NCBI GenBank assembly: GCA_963663035.1 | Contig: OY760074.1 | Location: 2,816,001 to 2,880,000, forward strand | DNA length: 64,000 nucleotides | DNA from: Acidobacteriota bacterium | GTDB lineage: Bacteria > Acidobacteriota > UBA6911 > RPQK01 > JADFOI01 | Reading direction: 5' to 3' | In this document: piece after piece, positions 19,773 through 31,141 of the stretch | Position numbering within the stretch: position 1 is the first letter of the stretch | How the letters are laid out: the number at the start of each line of letters is the position of its first letter | The notes under the pieces: generated by a model | The model's input: the letters and a program-made list of their open reading frames with translations, nothing else | Told to the model about the DNA's origin: nothing | The model's database searches: none | Made by a program: the position numbers and the translations under genes

Positions 19773-21039
19773 TGACCTTGCCCCCTAAAACGAGTCCAGT
19801 TTGAATGTTAGGATTTCCGGTTTAGGAAGGAGGCAAGGATGGCAGGGAAGCGGTTTAGGGCAGAACAGATCATCATGAAGCTGCGTGAGGCAGAGGTGGG
19901 TCTGGCCCAAGGACAGAGGGTGGGACAGGTGTCGAAGCAGATGGGGGTGAGCGAGCAGACCTACTACCGGTGGCGCAAAGAGTACGGAGGGCTCCGGTTG
20001 GACCAGGCCAAGAGGTTGAAGGTGTTGGAGAAGGAGAATACCCGGTTGAAGAAGCTGGTGGCGGATCTGTCTTTGGACAAGCAGATCCTGAAGGAAGTGT
20101 CCTCGGGAAACTTCTAGGCCCGGCGAACAGGAGACGAGCGGTGATGTGGGTACGAGAGCGATTAGGAGCAGAGCGAGTCTCCGAACGTCGGGCCTGCCAA
20201 GTGCTGGGACAGGTTCGATCGACCCAGCGAAGGGAAAGGCAAATTCCCGATGATGAGGCCCGATTGGTGGCCCGGATGGTGGAGTTGGCTACGCAATACG
20301 GGCGTTATGGCTACCGGCGGGTCACGGCGATACTTCATGGGGAAGGGTGGAAGGTGAATCCTAAGCGGGTGGAGAGGCTGTGGAGACAAGAAGGGCTGAA
20401 AGTCCCGTCCAGACAGCCGAAACGAAGGAGGCTGTGGCTTAATGACGGTTCCTGTGTTCGGTTACGAGCGGCTCGCAAGAACCACGTCTGGAGCTATGAT
20501 TTCGTGCATGAACGGACCCATGATGGGCGAGCCTTTCGGCTATTGACGATCCTGGATGAGTACACCAGAGAGTGCCTCGCCATTGATGTGAAACGGCAGA
20601 TGAATCACCAAGACGTGTTGGACCGGCTGGCGGAGTTATTCGTTGATCGGGGAGTGCCTGAGTTTATCCGGTCCGATAACGGATCGGAGTTTACGGCACA
20701 GGCGGTCCGGGACTGGCTGCAGGCTGTTGGGGTAAGGACCTTGTACATCGAGCCGGGCAGCCCCTGGGAGAATGGGTACATTGAGAGTTTCAACGGGAAA
20801 CTACGGGATGAGCTGCTGAACATGGAGATCTTCGACACGCTGGGGGAAGCCAAGGTGTTGGTAGAACGCTGGCGGAGGGATTACAATCAGATCCGGCCTC
20901 ACAGCGCCTTGGCCTATCGGCCGCCGGCGCCAGAGGCCAAACTACCTAGGTCGCAGGCACTGGATCCAATCCCTTGGAGTGGACTTCAAATGGTCCCGGG
21001 TCTAGCATAGAGGGTGGACTCGTTCGTGGGGGCAGGTCA
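19773..21039 (+). mobile_element. IS3-family element, apparently intact (orfA 19839-20117, orfB to 21010)
   Basis: TG...CA IRs (TGACCTTGCCCCC / GGGGGCAGGTCA), GGGAAAC -1 frameshift motif, WSYDF and SDNGSEF integrase core. Confidence 0.95.
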
Positions 21040-21129
21040 TACCAAAGGCCGTACTACTGTAAACGATCAGAAGCACTGACAGAGCTGTAATCAATCTTCT
21101 CGACATAGCATTTTCTCCCTTCCTTGTTT

Positions 21130-21256
21130 TATTCCCTGATTGTCAGTCTCGATCAAGCGTGCTTTGACCCGTTCAAACTCAGTATTGCTTACAGTTTACT
21201 CTTCCTTCGGAGGCAGGAAAGAGATCTCTTCCTGGACCTTTTCGATCCGACTCTCC
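21130..21256 (-). pseudogene. Inverted diverged fragment of the M48 peptidase gene
   Basis: 127-bp reverse-complement match to 29226-29352 with a TAC>TAA change. Confidence 0.85.
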
Positions 21257-21281
21257 AAGGTCGTAATCAGGAGAGTGCGTG

Positions 21282-23887
21282 TTAGTCACTTGAGCGTTTT
21301 AGTTCAAGTGAAGTCGAGAAACTTCCTATTGGGATGCTGATATAGCCGACAATTTGGTCCTTCTTAACCTCGTTGATTACGAGTTCGTACTGAATCCTCT
21401 CGCGTCCCACGTAAAAGAACAAAGGGGTGTTCGTGTACACTTCCTTTTTGTCGAATTGCTTATCGTCGTAAAAGAATCTCAGATCAGCACGGTGTTTCTT
21501 GTAGTCAGCTTTTCTCAGCTGTATGGTAATCCCAGCTACATTGATGTTTTGCTTCTTTCGGGCGTCGAATTGAAGGTAGTCTCTTTCTCCTTGTTGCTTC
21601 AGCTCTTCCAGAGCGTCAAGGTTGGTAGCGACCAGTCTCCCCTGCTCTGTCACGCGGACCCCAATGGCCGCCAGTTCCTGCCATGTTTTCTCCAACTCTT
21701 GTCGACTCGTCTGCACCTCCTCCCGGACCCCTGTGATTTGCTCATCAACTTCTTGAAACTTTGTGCCCGTCTTCTCTTCTAGGTTGACAACCTGTTGGGA
21801 ATCGGCCTTACTGACAATCTGATCAGTGAGTGCGCGTACATCTTGTTCTTGTTCTCTCTTTATTTCCTCAGCTGCAGCGCGCGCTTTTTTTATCTCACTT
21901 TGGGTCACACCAACGCGTTTTTGAACCAACTCAACGTCTCCCGTGAGCACCCCTACCCGTTGGCGATTGTCATCCAGTCGCTCTGCGATTAGGCCTACCA
22001 AGGCGGTGAGCTTGTCGATGTGATTGCTAGCCCGGATTATTCATAAATTCTGAAGAAGGGGTCTGATCGAGGGCACAAAAAGATGCCGTACCTCTTTGAT
22101 ATAAAAGGGGTTATGAAACAACTCCAAACCAAAAAGGTACGGCCCAGCGATGCATCAGTCTGCCAGATCAACTTGCCATCTCACCCTGACAGAAAAGTGG
22201 TGGCTCGATTCGATGGAGGCCGGCTCTCCTCCGATGCCGGGCTGCTGTGTCTGTACGCCCTGGATCAACAGCACGGACTGACGGCTGGCTTTGCCTCCTG
22301 CCTGAAGGACGCTCGAGATAGCCGCTACGTCCGCCACCAGATTCGCGAACTGCTCACCCAGCGCAGCTTTCAGATCGTGGCCGGCTATGAGGACTGCAAC
22401 GATGCCGACAGCTTGCGCTCGGATCCCATCTTCAAGACCGTGTGTGATCGGCTGCCGGAAAGCGATCCGGATCTGGCTTCTCAACCCACGCTGTCGCGAC
22501 TGGAGAACTCGGTGGACTCGAAGGATCTCACTCGCCTGGGACAGTGGCTGCTGGAGACCTACTTGAAGCACCGCAAGAAGAGCCGGCCCGAGAAGATCAT
22601 CCTGGACATCGACAGCACGGATGACGTCACGCATGGGCAGCAGGAGTTCAGCTTTTACCACGGCTATTAGCGCGAGCACATGTATCATCCGCTGCTGCTA
22701 TTCGATGGCGAGACGGGCGATCTGGTATGTGCGCTACTGCGGCCCGGCAACCAGGGGGCGGCCGCCCACGCGGTGGCGGTTCTCAAACGGGTGGTGGCCC
22801 GGATGCGCCAGGTTCTGGGATCCGATGTTCCGATCGAAGTGCGAGCCGACAGTGGCTTTGCGACGCCGGCACTGTACGAGTTCTGTGAGGAGGAAAAACT
22901 GCAGTATGTGGTGGGCTTTGCCCGCAACTCCCGGCTGGCGGCCACCGTCGAGCCCTTGGTTGAGCAGGTGCAAGCAGACTATGACGACTCAGGAGAAAAG
23001 CAACGCCAGTTCACCGAGCTCGTCTATCAGGCCGACAGTTGGGACCGGGAGCGGCGCATGGTGGCCAAGGTGGAAGTGAGCGAGCGCGGGTTCAACCGTC
23101 GCTTTGTGGTCACCAACCGCCAGGATCTCACGGCCGGGCAGCTGTATGACCACTACATCGGACGGGGCCAGTGCGAGAACTTCGTGAAAGCTTTCAAAAA
23201 AGATCTGGCCATGGATCGCTTGAGCTGCCACCGTTTCCTGGCCAACCAGTTCCGACTCTTCATCCACGCCCTGGCCTATGTCTTAATCCTGCGCCTGCGG
23301 GATTACCTGTGCGGGACTCCCTGGCACAACCTGGAGATTGAGACGCTCCGCCGCCGCCTGTTCAAAATCGGTGCCCGGGTTCGGGAAACTTCTCGTCGCA
23401 TCTGGGTGCACCTGGCATCGTCTTATCCCGAACAAAAGCTCTTCGCATTACTGATGCACCGTCTGTGTCCCACCTGACGGTCCCCTGACTCCCTGCGCCA
23501 ACACAGATATACAGCCCCCTGCGGGCCGAGCTGTTTCCGGAAGGGGCTCTCGCTTCATCTCTATTCGGCTCAACAAGCTTGGACGCCTTGTAATCGCACC
23601 TGAACACACTCTCAGCCCTGAACTTCCGCAGAAAATCGACACTCACCCCAAACTTATGAATAATTGCGGCTAGCTTGCTTTTCACGGATTTCGTACTTCT
23701 CATTCATTTGCAAAAGAAGGAAAATGAGTCCAAGACCCAAAAGCAGAGCCGCGGCTGAAAGCACGACAGTAGGCCGGAACTGCTTATGAGAATGTCTTTG
23801 TGACGATCTTATTTTCTCAATCGGATGTTTGACACGTTCTTCCCTGAGCTCCCGAATCTCGCGAAGCTCACCGGACTCGATGTTCAT
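21282..23887 (-). pseudogene. Membrane-anchored coiled-coil protein interrupted by IS1380
   Basis: Removing the IS and one CTAG joins ...REKQAS|NHIDKLTALVG... in frame. Confidence 0.85.
22031..23669 (+). mobile_element. IS1380-family element (transposase ~22083-23477 with in-frame TAG)
   Basis: IRs CCCGGATTATTCATAA / TTATGAATAATTGCGG, CTAG target duplication, FDGGRLSSDAG, LDIDSTDD, VRADSGF motifs; TAG at 22668-22670. Confidence 0.95.
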
Positions 23888-24005
23888 CTTGTTTTTCTCC
23901 TTTGTCAGGTTTCTGGTTCTAGGTTATCCTGCACTCAGATCCGGCATGTTGTGCGCCTATGCTTCACATAGAATCCTCAGGGTGCCCGAGGTGCCTACCG
24001 GGCTG

Positions 24006-25112
24006 TCACTCCAACGAATCGGCCGACTGGCTGCTTGGCACGTCACTGGCACATCGGAATCCCACGTTGTTGAAAGCGTGGTCCGGTGGACTTGCTCCAC
24101 GGAAATGACTGGTAAAGGCCCCACAATAATTGGGGCTGCAAAACCAGCTCCCGCCCCGGGCCACCCTCTTATCCCCTCTTTCCGGACCAGAAGGGTTCTC
24201 TTTCGGAGAGCGCTGGTAGTAGTCAACAGAGTACCAGTCAGCGCTCCACTCCCAAACATTGCCGATCATGTCGTGGAATCCTAAGGCATTCGGTTCAAAC
24301 CGCCCGATAGGGGCCGTATAGTAGTAACCATCCAAGAGATGGTTCCGAACCGGCCAGGTTCCCTGCCACACATTGGCCTGGGTAAGAATTATTTTGGGTG
24401 CATTTCCGGAGGTATGTGCCAAGTGAGCACTGCCATCCCCATCACCCAAGTCGGCTACAAGGTGAGCAGTTTTCCCCGCTCGAGCAGCATATTCCCACTC
24501 CGCTTCACTGGGCAGACGCTTACCCGCCCAGGCGGCGTAACCTGTGGCATCATGCCAACTGACGCAAACCACCGGGTGGTTCATGCGATCCTGGATCGAT
24601 GATTCGGGACCTTCGGGATGAAGCCAGTTGGCTCCTCGCACGTCCAAGAAATCATCTTGGCCCTCTAAGTAAGCCCAGCAGGAATCTTGTCGTTCGGCCT
24701 GAGTTTGGTACCCGGTTGCCTGCACAAATGCAGTGAATTGCCGATTGGTCACTTCAAACCGATCGAGTAAGAACGGTTTCAAGATAACGGGGTGAAGGGG
24801 CCTTTCATCAGTGCTCCCATACTCGAAGCCCATCTGGAACCTACCGCCGGGAATATACACCATCTCATCGAGGACGGGTTCGGTGCTCGGAGAAGCTAAA
24901 ACCGATTGTGCTGAGGCTAGATGGGCATACGGTAATACACTCCGATCACTCCATAAGCCGGGCATCACCGACACCAGTAACAGGACTGCTAGGCAAATCG
25001 ACCACTGAAGTGTCAACCTGACTTTCTTAGGCAATAACCTAAGAGATTCTCTGGGCTTGATCACCTTGATAAAATCTTGCACTTGCTTCGGCTTTCCTCT
25101 TCTCTTTTCCAT
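24006..25112 (-). CDS. Formylglycine-generating enzyme family protein
   Basis: RLPSEAEWEYAAR, GNVWEW, RGGSWFCSPNYC (both catalytic-type Cys), GFRC; start uncertain. Confidence 0.9.
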   Translation of the reverse strand: MEKRRGKPKQVQDFIKVIKPRESLRLLPKKVRLTLQWSICLAVLLLVSVMPGLWSDRSVLPYAHLASAQSVLASPSTEPVLDEMVYIPGGRFQMGFEYGSTDERPLHPVILKPFLLDRFEVTNRQFTAFVQATGYQTQAERQDSCWAYLEGQDDFLDVRGANWLHPEGPESSIQDRMNHPVVCVSWHDATGYAAWAGKRLPSEAEWEYAARAGKTAHLVADLGDGDGSAHLAHTSGNAPKIILTQANVWQGTWPVRNHLLDGYYYTAPIGRFEPNALGFHDMIGNVWEWSADWYSVDYYQRSPKENPSGPERGDKRVARGGSWFCSPNYCGAFTSHFRGASPPDHAFNNVGFRCASDVPSSQSADSLE

Positions 25113-25255
25113 TTGCTTTTCCCCGATTCAAGATAAGTCGTCCTCTGCCGCGAAGGCAGCGCAATTGAAAGTAGCCCCCTTTCAGGACTTCCTCTCTGTT
25201 GGAAGGACACTCTGAAAGAGGGCTGTTTCAGTGGAACCAGATTGAGACAAGTTGC

Positions 25256-25801
25256 CTATTCTTCTAGAACCTTCGGCCAATTGTTAGCGGCCTTGGTAAT
25301 GTAGCCGGTAATGTCGGCCTGCCAGATCCTCTGGACTTTTTTGTTTAGATTCAAGTATAGCTTGCCGTTCACAATTTTCCACAGCCGCGGATCCCCATCT
25401 GCGAGAGCACCTTGACTGACGGCATAGGCACAGTAACCTCCATATTGAGGGACGTACCTGTGGGGGTTGCGAGAAAACAGGTCGCGGTTGGCAGCGCTTG
25501 CAAAGTGCCAGGTGGCTCCCTCATACTCGTATGAGAAGCGACTGTGCCCTTGAACTGCCTTGCTTGTTGTAAAGTAGGCCACGGTGTCGAAACCCCTGTT
25601 CGCTACACCATCTGAGTCCTTGTTAATGGCATTGCTTACAGTCGTGTGGCAAGGATTGCAGGGATTGGTCGCCTTTTCGCCGCAGGGGTTAGTCGCCCTT
25701 TTGCCGCAGGCGTTGCAGGGATTCTGGGTGAATGCCGGTGTGGCTGTCATCCAGACAGCGAAGACAGCGAAAACTGCGAGAGTGATTAGGTTACGCTTCA
25801 T
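25256..25801 (-). CDS. YHS domain protein with N-terminal NPC repeats
   Basis: Signal peptide, NPC/NAC repeats, GFDTVAYF, PQYGGYCAYAV. Confidence 0.85.
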   Translation of the reverse strand: MKRNLITLAVFAVFAVWMTATPAFTQNPCNACGKRATNPCGEKATNPCNPCHTTVSNAINKDSDGVANRGFDTVAYFTTSKAVQGHSRFSYEYEGATWHFASAANRDLFSRNPHRYVPQYGGYCAYAVSQGALADGDPRLWKIVNGKLYLNLNKKVQRIWQADITGYITKAANNWPKVLEE

Positions 25802-26110
25802 CGAAAACCTCCTCAGAAAAAAATGATTTAAGGGGACAACCGGACAGTACGTCAGAGACAAACCCCACAGTGGGGTGTCTCCTGTTTACCGGCAGGCCAT
25901 CGTGTTTTTCTCCCATTTCACCGTCTTTGGATGCGCGGCGGGCTTGAAGATTTGTTGGAGATTGAACAAGGCCTTTTTTTCGCACCTGGCGGTGGGCCGA
26001 TCACACGGCGGGAGGAAGAATCCCAGTTTTGCATTGTTGAAGCAGCGTGTTCTGCTGTCTTCCCCAACTTTAGTAACTGTCTTTGTCTTTATTGGCTGTC
26101 AAGCGTCCAC

Positions 26111-26344
26111 TTAGACGCCTTTCTTCCAGTTACTAAAAACCCGCAGGAGTTTTTCTTTTGCCTCTGACGAGATGTGTTTTTCCTCGAGTTGGCCGACAGT
26201 CTTGATGACTCCCCGCATCTGTTCTAAATAGAGTCGACAAGCCGGGCACTCGGCCAAGTGGTCCTCGAACCGACCAACATCTGAAGCAGGAAGAGAACCC
26301 TCCAGATAGTCGGTGATCAGTTCTACCAGTTCATTGCAATTCAT
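26111..26344 (-). CDS. zf-HC2 anti-sigma factor
   Basis: MNCNELVELITDYLEG...HLAECPAC. Confidence 0.9.
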   Translation of the reverse strand: MNCNELVELITDYLEGSLPASDVGRFEDHLAECPACRLYLEQMRGVIKTVGQLEEKHISSEAKEKLLRVFSNWKKGV

Positions 26345-26550
26345 ACTCAAAATTGATGCCCTCGCAACTAGCCTTTAAAACTTAGTCTCGAAAATCTCCA
26401 AAACGTTACAGACTTCTTCAGAGGTCCACCCTTCTACGTTCCGGAGGGTTATGACCATTCGCTGCGCTTCGGGCAAGACTTCGGTAGCCTACCCAAGCGA
26501 ACTCTCCTGCCTCGACTTCACCACTGACAAACGCACTGAAGGGCGCCATG
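26345..26550 (-). pseudogene. ECF sigma-70 factor remnant
   Basis: Reverse strand reads LPEAQRMVITLRNVEGWTSEEVCNVLEI (region 4), then a stop; upstream part deleted. Confidence 0.75.
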
Positions 26551-26770
26551 GTAGTGGAAACACAAGGGCCTGTCCACAGACGCCCAGTTCCATCCCCTGT
26601 GACGGATCGGGATTTGGCAGGACTATTCCCTTATAGAAAACAACCAAACAAAAAAAAAGGAGCGCGTCGGTGAAACGAAATCCGCTTTGCCTAGACTGTA
26701 TTTGTGAGCGCAACACGAACTGCAGACGAAAAGAGACAACTAATGATCTACACAGAGAGGGAGAAACGAC

Positions 26771-27730
26771 ATGCTGATTAAGGAACCTACCCAGATCAAG
26801 TCCTCTGAAATAACGGACGAAAAACTCTACCTGAGTCGTCGCCATTTTCTGATGGCAGGTTCAGCAGCTCTTGCAGGTGTGGCCGTTGTGGCTGGAGGCC
26901 GTTTGAGGGGAGGAGAAAGTAAACTCTTGGAAAGCAGCTCTTGGAAACCAGGCGCCAAAGGAGCATTTGATACGCATGAGGAGTTGACACCTTTCAAAGA
27001 CGTGACGACGTACAACAATTACTATGAATTCGGGACCGACAAGGCTTCCCCTGCCCGGTTAGCTCACACCCTAAAGACTAAACCCTGGTCGGTGGCAGTT
27101 GAAGGGGCCGTGGGAAGGCCAGGGATCTACGCCTTGGAAGATCTGCTCTAGCCACATACCTTGGAAGATCGCATCTATCGGCTGCGATGTGTCGAAGGGT
27201 GGTCAATGGTCATTCCATGGCGAGGCTTTCCATTGCGCGATCTAATCAACCGACTGGAGCCGACCTCACACGCTAAGTACGTAGAATTCACCACTCTAAA
27301 CGATCCAGGTCAGATGCCTGGCGTCCGACGACGAGTTCTGGACTGGCCATACCTTGAAGGACTGAGACTGGATGAAGCCATGCACCCGCTCACTATGCTT
27401 GCCGTGGGCCTGTATGGAAAGGAGCTGCCAAACCAGAACGGAGCGCCGCTGAGGCTGGTGGTGCCTTGGAAGTATGGTTTCAAAAGTATCAAATCCATAG
27501 TGAAAATTCGATTCGTTGAAAAGCAACCTGTTACGTCCTGGTCAGCGTCGGCACCTCGTGAGTACGGTTTCTACGCGAACGTCAATCCCCAGGTAGACCA
27601 TCCACGGTGGAGTCAAGCCCGGGAACGACGGATTGGAGAGTTTCGAAAACGAAAGACCTTGATGTTCAATGGCTACGCCGATCAAGTAGCAAGTCTGTAC
27701 TCCGGCATGGACCTTCGAAAGTACTTTTGA
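26771..27730 (+). pseudogene. msrP: Methionine sulfoxide reductase catalytic subunit MsrP with one in-frame TAG
   Basis: Tat motif [36 protein letters not shown]; TAG at 27149-27151. Confidence 0.9.
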
Positions 27731-27743
27731 AGGGAAGTTGGTG

Positions 27744-28421
27744 ATGAAACGCAATCGATCACTTGACAAAGTAATAAGGCCAGCTGTGCTCCTGCTATGC
27801 CTGATGCCCCTGTTCGTTCTGGTCTGGAACGCAACTACAGGCAATCTTAGCGCCAACCCAATTGACGACATCACTGATACCACAGGACGCTGGACGTTGA
27901 GGTTGGTGATGATCACGTTAGCCGTTACCCCACTTCGTCGGATCACTGGCTGGAATGGTGTCATTCGCGTTCGTCGCATGTTGGGTCTGTTTACATTTTT
28001 TTATGGCACGCTCCATTTTGCGACCTATATCTGGTTGGATCAGTTTTTCGGGTTTGAAGAAATCGCCAAGGACGTTCTAAAGCGTCCCTTTATCACCGCT
28101 GGTTTCTTAGCATTTGCTTTAATGGTTCCCTTGGCAATCACGTCGACTCGCGGCTGGATCAAGCGGCTGGGTGGCAAACGATGGCAATTTCTACACCGTT
28201 TGGTCTATATCTCAGCCACCGGCGGGGTGTTGCACTATCTGTGGCTGGTCAAGGCGGATACCCTTTTCCCCTTGATTTACGGGTGCGTTCTATCTTTCCT
28301 GCTTGGACATCGTTTGTGGACGTTCTTAAAACCCCGTTTGTCGTCGTATCGGGAGCCATACTCCGCGTGGAGGCATCTATGGCTCAAAGAATCTACCGGT
28401 CTGGATGCTAGAGCAAGGTAG
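27744..28421 (+). CDS. msrQ: Heme-binding membrane subunit MsrQ
   Basis: TGRWTLR, LAVTPLR, RRMLGL, LHRLVY motifs; follows msrP. Confidence 0.9.
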   Translation: MKRNRSLDKVIRPAVLLLCLMPLFVLVWNATTGNLSANPIDDITDTTGRWTLRLVMITLAVTPLRRITGWNGVIRVRRMLGLFTFFYGTLHFATYIWLDQFFGFEEIAKDVLKRPFITAGFLAFALMVPLAITSTRGWIKRLGGKRWQFLHRLVYISATGGVLHYLWLVKADTLFPLIYGCVLSFLLGHRLWTFLKPRLSSYREPYSAWRHLWLKESTGLDARAR

Positions 28422-28476
28422 TTGGTTCGGAGAAGGCTGTAATAACGTTCAGTTAGTCGAGATAGGAGAAAACCAA

Positions 28477-29493
28477 ATGAGAAGAATTTCACGTATTACC
28501 TCGTTTCTGATGATCTTTGTCATGATGTCCCCTACCGGTGTTTTTGCTGGTCGAAAACATAAGGACGTAGAGAAGATCGGGAATCGCAAGATCAATGGAA
28601 GGATCGCCGGCATCTTTCCCAATTTCATCTCTCAGGAAAAGGAGATTCAGCTGGGTGCCCAGTTTGCTCAGAGTTTTGAGGAGACGGCGCGTCTGGTGGA
28701 AGACCCGGTGGTGACGGAGTATGTCGATCGACTCGGACAGAAGATTGTCAAACATTCGGACGCCGAAGTCCCCTTTGTGATCAAGGTAGTGGACACCGAT
28801 GAAGTGAACGCCTTTGCTTTGCCGGGTGGTTTTCTCTATGTCAACAAGGGGTTGATTCTCGAAGCTGACAATGAATCTGAATTGGCGGGGGTTTTGGCTC
28901 ATGAAATTGCTCACGTGACTGCCCGGCATGCCACTGAGAGGATGACAAAAGGTCAGCTGCTGCAGTTCGCCGCCATTCCCGCTCTTTTCGTGGGAGGAGG
29001 CTTGGCTGGGGTTGGAATTCAAAATGGCTTGGGACTGGGCCTAAATCTGGCAGTCCTGGGAATTACTCGAAAATCTGAGGCAGAAGCTGATCAGTTGGGT
29101 ACACAATACCTCTGGAACACAGAGTACGACCCTCACGGGTTCATTACGTTCTTTGAGAAACTTGAGGCCCGGCAGAAAGAAAAGCCCGGTAAATTCGCGA
29201 GTTATTTTAGAACCCATCCCACCCCGGAGAGTCGGATCGAAAAGGTCCAGGAAGAGATTTCTTTTCTGCCTCCAAAGGAAGAATACACTGTAAGCAGTTC
29301 TGAGTTTGAACGGGTCAAGGCCCGCTTGATCGAGATCGACAAGCAGGGAATAGAACCTGGTGATTCTCAGGGGCAGGTAGAGGCCAAGCGGCCAACTTTG
29401 AAGAGAAAAACCAACACAGATGGGACGGAAAAGGAAAAACCTGCTTTGAAGAAGGAACGCCCCACCTTGAAGAGGACAACGGGATCGGGTTGA
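28477..29493 (+). CDS. M48 family metallopeptidase
   Basis: VNAFALPGG, HEIAH, EAEADQLG, THP motifs. Confidence 0.9.
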   Translation: MRRISRITSFLMIFVMMSPTGVFAGRKHKDVEKIGNRKINGRIAGIFPNFISQEKEIQLGAQFAQSFEETARLVEDPVVTEYVDRLGQKIVKHSDAEVPFVIKVVDTDEVNAFALPGGFLYVNKGLILEADNESELAGVLAHEIAHVTARHATERMTKGQLLQFAAIPALFVGGGLAGVGIQNGLGLGLNLAVLGITRKSEAEADQLGTQYLWNTEYDPHGFITFFEKLEARQKEKPGKFASYFRTHPTPESRIEKVQEEISFLPPKEEYTVSSSEFERVKARLIEIDKQGIEPGDSQGQVEAKRPTLKRKTNTDGTEKEKPALKKERPTLKRTTGSG

Positions 29494-29582
29494 AAAGGAC
29501 CGAATCCCAACCCTAGACGTCGGTAGCCGGTCTTGGTGAATTTAGCGCAGCTGTTTAAACGATTGATTTCAGGAAGGTTAAA

Positions 29583-29659
<77 letters not shown>

Positions 29660-29705
29660 GCGTGGTCTGGGATTCGGGCTTTCATGGGCATTATATAGAG
29701 AAGTA

Positions 29706-31106
29706 CTACTTGGGAGCAAAGGGGAGTTCGAATTCCTCCAGGTACTCCGGAATTTCGATCTTTGATGTGAGGACCTTTTCCAGTTTCCCTTTCAGTACCT
29801 CCTGGACCTCCGGTTCTCCGTGAACGAGAAAAACCCGAGAGGGAGGTTCTTTCAGATGACTCACCCACTCCACAAGGCCCTTCGAGTCCGCATGGGCAGA
29901 TAAGGCGTCCAGCTGCTCGATGCGAGCCTTCACCGGTATCCGCTTTCCGTGAATCTTAATCTCTCTTTTCCCTTCCAAAATGAGCCGGCCCAGGGAACCC
30001 TCTGGCTGGTAACCCACAAACAACAGCGTGTTGCGGTGATCGGGTAGGCGTGTCTTGAGATGGTGGAGGATGCGACCGCCAGCCAGATTACCGCTGGCCG
30101 AGAGAATGATACAGGGGCCCTTTCGCTGGTTCAGAGCCTTGGATTCTTCAGTCGTCTTTACCAGGCGAATGCTGCCCGTTTCCAGAGGACAAGCATCATC
30201 CATCAACTGCTCCATTTCAAAGTCGTGCTCGTCCAGGTGGCTGCAGTAGAGAGAAACGGCACTGACCGCCATGGGACTGTCCAGAAAAGTCGGCAGGACC
30301 GGTATTCTCTTTGCTGTCTCCAATTGGCGAAGGAGATAGAGCACACGCTGGCTCCTCCCTATGGCAAAGCAGGGAATAACCATACTTCCTCCAGCTTGAA
30401 CGGTTCGCTCAATAGAAATCTGTAGAGTGGAGAGGATATCGAACTCTTCATGATCGCGGTCTCCATAGGTAGACTCGATCAGTAAAAAGTCCGCTCGCTC
30501 TATGGTCTCCGGGTCCTTGATGACAGGTTGGTGGTATCTGCCCAGATCGCCTGTGGAAAACAAAACCGTTTGAGCGCCGTTTTGCGAATAGGTCAATCTG
30601 ATCATGGCCGAACCCAGGATATGGCCAGCGTGAAAATACTCGAAGTTCAAATGCTCCGACAGCTGGTGAGGCTGATGATAGGGAACAGTTTTCAAGGTTT
30701 TTAAGACCTCTCTCGCCTCAGCCTCTGTGTATAGCGGCAGGGCCGGGTCGTGACGAGAGTACTTCTTCTTATTGGCAAAGGCAGCATCGCGTTCCTGGAG
30801 GTGACCTGAATCCGGCAACAGAAGCGAAAGGAGACTTGCCGTTGCGGGGGTACAGTAGACCGGCCCCCTAAAGCCTTCCTTGAGCAAACGAGGAAGATAT
30901 CCTGAGTGGTCAATGTGAGCATGGGTGAGAATGACTCCGTCCAGACTGTCAGGAGAAACGGGAAAAGGATCCCAGTTTCGCTTCCTGATGGCTCTCCCGC
31001 CTTGAAAAAGCCCACAGTCAATCAACAGACGTTTGCCGTCGATTCCCAGAAGAAAGCGAGATCCGGTCACCGTCTGAGCTGCTCCAAGAAATTGCAGGGT
31101 AAACAT
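29706..31106 (-). CDS. MBL-fold beta-CASP metallo-hydrolase (Ysh1-like RNase)
   Basis: THAHIDHSG, AGHILGS, ESTYGDR, SAHAD, VHGE motifs. Confidence 0.92.
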   Translation of the reverse strand: MFTLQFLGAAQTVTGSRFLLGIDGKRLLIDCGLFQGGRAIRKRNWDPFPVSPDSLDGVILTHAHIDHSGYLPRLLKEGFRGPVYCTPATASLLSLLLPDSGHLQERDAAFANKKKYSRHDPALPLYTEAEAREVLKTLKTVPYHQPHQLSEHLNFEYFHAGHILGSAMIRLTYSQNGAQTVLFSTGDLGRYHQPVIKDPETIERADFLLIESTYGDRDHEEFDILSTLQISIERTVQAGGSMVIPCFAIGRSQRVLYLLRQLETAKRIPVLPTFLDSPMAVSAVSLYCSHLDEHDFEMEQLMDDACPLETGSIRLVKTTEESKALNQRKGPCIILSASGNLAGGRILHHLKTRLPDHRNTLLFVGYQPEGSLGRLILEGKREIKIHGKRIPVKARIEQLDALSAHADSKGLVEWVSHLKEPPSRVFLVHGEPEVQEVLKGKLEKVLTSKIEIPEYLEEFELPFAPK

Positions 31107-31141
31107 CAGTCAGACAGACTTACTGGAAAGCATCCTGCTAG

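Noticed and set aside
25256-25801. Selenocysteine in the YHS protein
   Set aside because: The GGYC position is a normal Cys codon and there is no in-frame TGA.
28553-28572. AACATAAGGACGTA resembling site 1
   Set aside because: Inside the M48 coding sequence, with wrong spacing and no right arm.
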